Shown here: in pieces, positions 16,615 through 18,850 of the stretch
Layout of the letters: every line of letters starts with the position of its first letter
Position numbering within the stretch: the stretch's first letter is position 1
Source of the DNA: Candidatus Sumerlaeia bacterium
Lineage (GTDB): Bacteria; Sumerlaeota; Sumerlaeia; SLMS01
Length of the DNA stretch: 18,850 bases
Assembly: GCA_038208905.1 (NCBI GenBank)
Contig: JBBQYG010000066.1
Span: forward strand, 1 to 18,850
Reading direction: 5' to 3'
The notes under the pieces: generated by a model
What the model was told of the DNA's origin: nothing
What the model saw: the letters and a program-made list of their open reading frames with translations, nothing else
Database searches by the model: none
Program-made: the position numbers and the translations under genes

Positions 16615-16980
16615 TCAGCGAATCGCCGCAGCCGGGCGCATGAGAGAATCCGAAACGAGGTCCTTCAGGCACTTCCCGGCCTCCGGATAGCGGGTGTGGC
16701 CATAGACACTTTCTGGAATTGATCGGATCGCGCTGGCATACTCCTTCTGTCGCACGGTTTCCTGAGGATGGGTCCATTCGGTGGGCGCACAGGGATACGC
16801 TAGTAGGCAGTCCAGCGCCTTGCGGAGACTGCCGCCGGTGGGAGCATCGAACTTGTAGAGATCGACGCCGACTTTCCCGCCGATCAGGCCCAGCTTGAAG
16901 AAGTGCTCCAGGTTCTCCGTGCAGTAGCTCCACGAGCGCGTCCGCGCGAGTGTCTGGGGCTGGGTGCCTTCCGGCGTATT
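16615..16980 (-). pseudogene. C-terminal remnant of an alginate lyase family (PF05426-type) gene
   Basis: Absent from the ORF track because it has no start codon. Manual translation: TPEGTQPQTLARTRSWSYCTENLEHFFKLGLIGGKVGVDLYKFDAPTGGSLRKALDCLLAY...EWTHPQ...*. This matches the recalled pattern PDG.QP.EL.RT.S..Y...NL...VGVDLW...G.SLRKALD.L.PY...W...Q. Confidence 0.75.
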
Positions 16981-17036
16981 CGTCGAGCGAGCCGCGCTAC
17001 GAAGCGGAGGACGCTGACACCTGATTGGGATGCCCC

Positions 17037-18521
17037 CTACCCCCGCGTCCCCTTACCCGCCACCAGCGGTTCTGTCTCCGCTTCGGTGAGAGGGTTGAGC
17101 AGCTTGGTGTTTCGGCGGGGCCTGCCGTCGACATACACGCCGGTGAAGCAGGTGGTGCAGTAGCTCATGGTCTTGGGCATGGCGCGCATGAGGCCCTCCA
17201 TGCTGATGAAGCCGATGGTGTCGGCGTCGAGGTACTTGGCGATGCCGGGTATGTCATAGTTGTTGGCGAGGAGTTTTTCCTCGTCGGGGGTGTCGATGCC
17301 ATAGAAGCATGGGTGCTTCCACGGCGGCGCTGAGACGCGGAAGTGGATCTCACGGGCGCCGGAGTCGCGCAGCATCCGGACGATCTTCTTGGCGGTGGTG
17401 CCGCGGACGATGGAGTCGTCCACGACGGCGACGCTTTTTCCGCGGAGGACTTCGCGGACGGTGTTGTACTTCATCTTGGCGCCAAAGTCGCGCATCGTCT
17501 GGGTGGGCTGGATGAAGGTGCGGCCGACGTAGTGGGAGCGGACCAGGCCGGTCTCCAACGGGATTCCAGAAGCGACGGCGTAGCCCGCCGCGGCGGCGTT
17601 GGAGGAGTCGGGAATTGCGATGACGATTTCGGCGTCCGCGGGATGCTCCCGGGCGAGTTCCTCTCCGAGGCGCTTGCGGAACGTATAGATGCTGCTCCCA
17701 GCAGCGGTGCTATCCGGGCGCGAGTAGTAGATCAGCTCAAAGACACATGAAGAAGGCTGGATCTGCTCCAAAAGTTGAAGCTTCTCGATGGTGCCGTTGC
17801 GGAAGACGACGACTTCGCCGGGAAGCAATTCGCGGAGGTAGGTGGCGCCGAGGATGTCGAGGGCGCAGGACTCCGACGCGACCACCCAGGAGTCGTCACC
17901 GAGCTTGCCGAGGCAGAGCGGGCGAAAGCCGTGGGGATCCTTGAAGGCGTAGAGTTCCTTGTCGCGCAGCATGGTGATCGAGTAGGCGCCGCGCAGGCGC
18001 TTGAGGCTGATCGCGAGGGCCTCGATGAAATCCTGGGAGCGGTTCTGCGCGATCAGGTGGATGAGGAGTTCGCTGTCGGTGGTGGACTGAAAGATGGCTC
18101 CGTTGGCTTCGAGGGCGAGGGCCAGTTCATCCGCGTTCGTCAGGTTGCCATTGTGGGCCACGGCGATGTGGCCTCCGCGATAGTTTCCCTGGAGCGGCTG
18201 GGCGTTACAGAGGCTGCTGGAACCGGTGGTCGAATAGCGCACATGGCCGACGGCGTTGCGGCCCGGAAGGCGGTCGAGGGAAGCGGGAGTGAAGACCTCG
18301 GAGACGAGGCCCTGCCCCTTGTGGACGTTGACGCGGGTGCCGTCGAAGGCGGCGATGCCGGCGCTCTCCTGTCCGCGATGCTGGAGGGCGTACAGCGCGA
18401 GATGCGCGAGCCGGGCGGCGTCGGGGTGGTTGTATATACCAACGACACCGCAGCCCTCGGGCTCGCGGATGGCGTAGTCGTGGGCGGTGATGCCCGACTG
18501 GGGCAGGGGGACTTGGCTCAA
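17037..18521 (-). CDS. purF: Amidophosphoribosyltransferase (propeptide, Fe-S type)
   Basis: Propeptide then CGVVG, ALQHRGQESAG, GHVRYSTTG, AHNGNL, CVFELIYYSRPDS, VVDDSIVRGTT, PCFYGID and CTTC. Confidence 0.97.
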   Translation of the reverse strand: MSQVPLPQSGITAHDYAIREPEGCGVVGIYNHPDAARLAHLALYALQHRGQESAGIAAFDGTRVNVHKGQGLVSEVFTPASLDRLPGRNAVGHVRYSTTGSSSLCNAQPLQGNYRGGHIAVAHNGNLTNADELALALEANGAIFQSTTDSELLIHLIAQNRSQDFIEALAISLKRLRGAYSITMLRDKELYAFKDPHGFRPLCLGKLGDDSWVVASESCALDILGATYLRELLPGEVVVFRNGTIEKLQLLEQIQPSSCVFELIYYSRPDSTAAGSSIYTFRKRLGEELAREHPADAEIVIAIPDSSNAAAAGYAVASGIPLETGLVRSHYVGRTFIQPTQTMRDFGAKMKYNTVREVLRGKSVAVVDDSIVRGTTAKKIVRMLRDSGAREIHFRVSAPPWKHPCFYGIDTPDEEKLLANNYDIPGIAKYLDADTIGFISMEGLMRAMPKTMSYCTTCFTGVYVDGRPRRNTKLLNPLTEAETEPLVAGKGTRG

Positions 18522-18686
18522 GGGGCCTTCCGATTCGGGCGCGATCGACTTCTCTCCCTCGGTGGGAAGGCGGGAGCCTCTTGCATGGCGGGGGGTGATC
18601 GCAAGGGCTAGATGGCTGATCTTTGGCGGTCCATCCGGATAAGGCCCAATCGACGGGCATTAGGTGAAGCAGCGTCAGCTCGGCGC

Positions 18687-18850
18687 CTACTTCAGCGATG
18701 GAAGGAGCAACCTGAAGCGCGCCCCCTTGCCGGGTTCCGATTCGGCGGCGAGACTGCCGCCGGCGGACTCCGCGAGGGCGCGGCTCAGGCTAAGTCCGAG
18801 GCCCGTGCCCTCGGCGCGCGTGGTGACAAAAGGATCGAAAATCTGGCGGA
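18687..18850 (-). CDS. Sensor histidine kinase, C-terminal HATPase_c part (partial at window edge)
   Basis: Manual translation RQIFDPFVTTRAEGTGLGLSLSRALAESAGGSLAAESEPGKGARFRLLLPSLK* contains the F and G2 boxes. Confidence 0.9.
   Translation of the reverse strand, partial: RQIFDPFVTTRAEGTGLGLSLSRALAESAGGSLAAESEPGKGARFRLLLPSLK

Noticed and set aside
16541-16933. 130-aa minus-strand ORF from the track
   Set aside because: Wrong frame; the protein-like signal here is in the alginate-lyase frame ending at 16615.
18522-18686. Possible purine, ZTP or PRPP riboswitch upstream of purF
   Set aside because: No recognisable consensus or attenuator by eye; an Rfam scan would be decisive.
1-18850. CRISPR arrays, tRNA/rRNA genes, transposases or integrases
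   Set aside because: None seen: no regularly spaced repeats, cloverleaf motifs or recombinase ORFs.

Overview
High-GC bacterial window. The 174-aa pilin, with AIAVPNFLEA and C-terminal YDPTNGTxSxGD motifs, suggests Candidatus Sumerlaeota/BRC1 or a relative; this is recalled, not searched. The left part (minus strand, 1-5372) is a tightly coupled operon: ECF sigma factor, zinc-finger anti-sigma, pilin, PilC/GspF, short PilB/GspE ATPase, a pilin fused behind a ~6-TM membrane domain, and another pilin running off the edge. Next come trmJ and a divergent gene that resembles PilB N-terminal domains without the ATPase. These are followed by a complete Leu (CUC) T-box riboswitch before leuA, a Phd antitoxin with an internally deleted VapC, thiO, a frameshifted secretin, flotillin, deaD, a start-less alginate-lyase remnant, purF and the tail of a histidine kinase. 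The best candidate for a new system is the ECF-controlled type IV filament module with its membrane-domain prepilin and the ATPase-less PilB-like partner. All calls come from reading the sequence by eye; no database searches were run.
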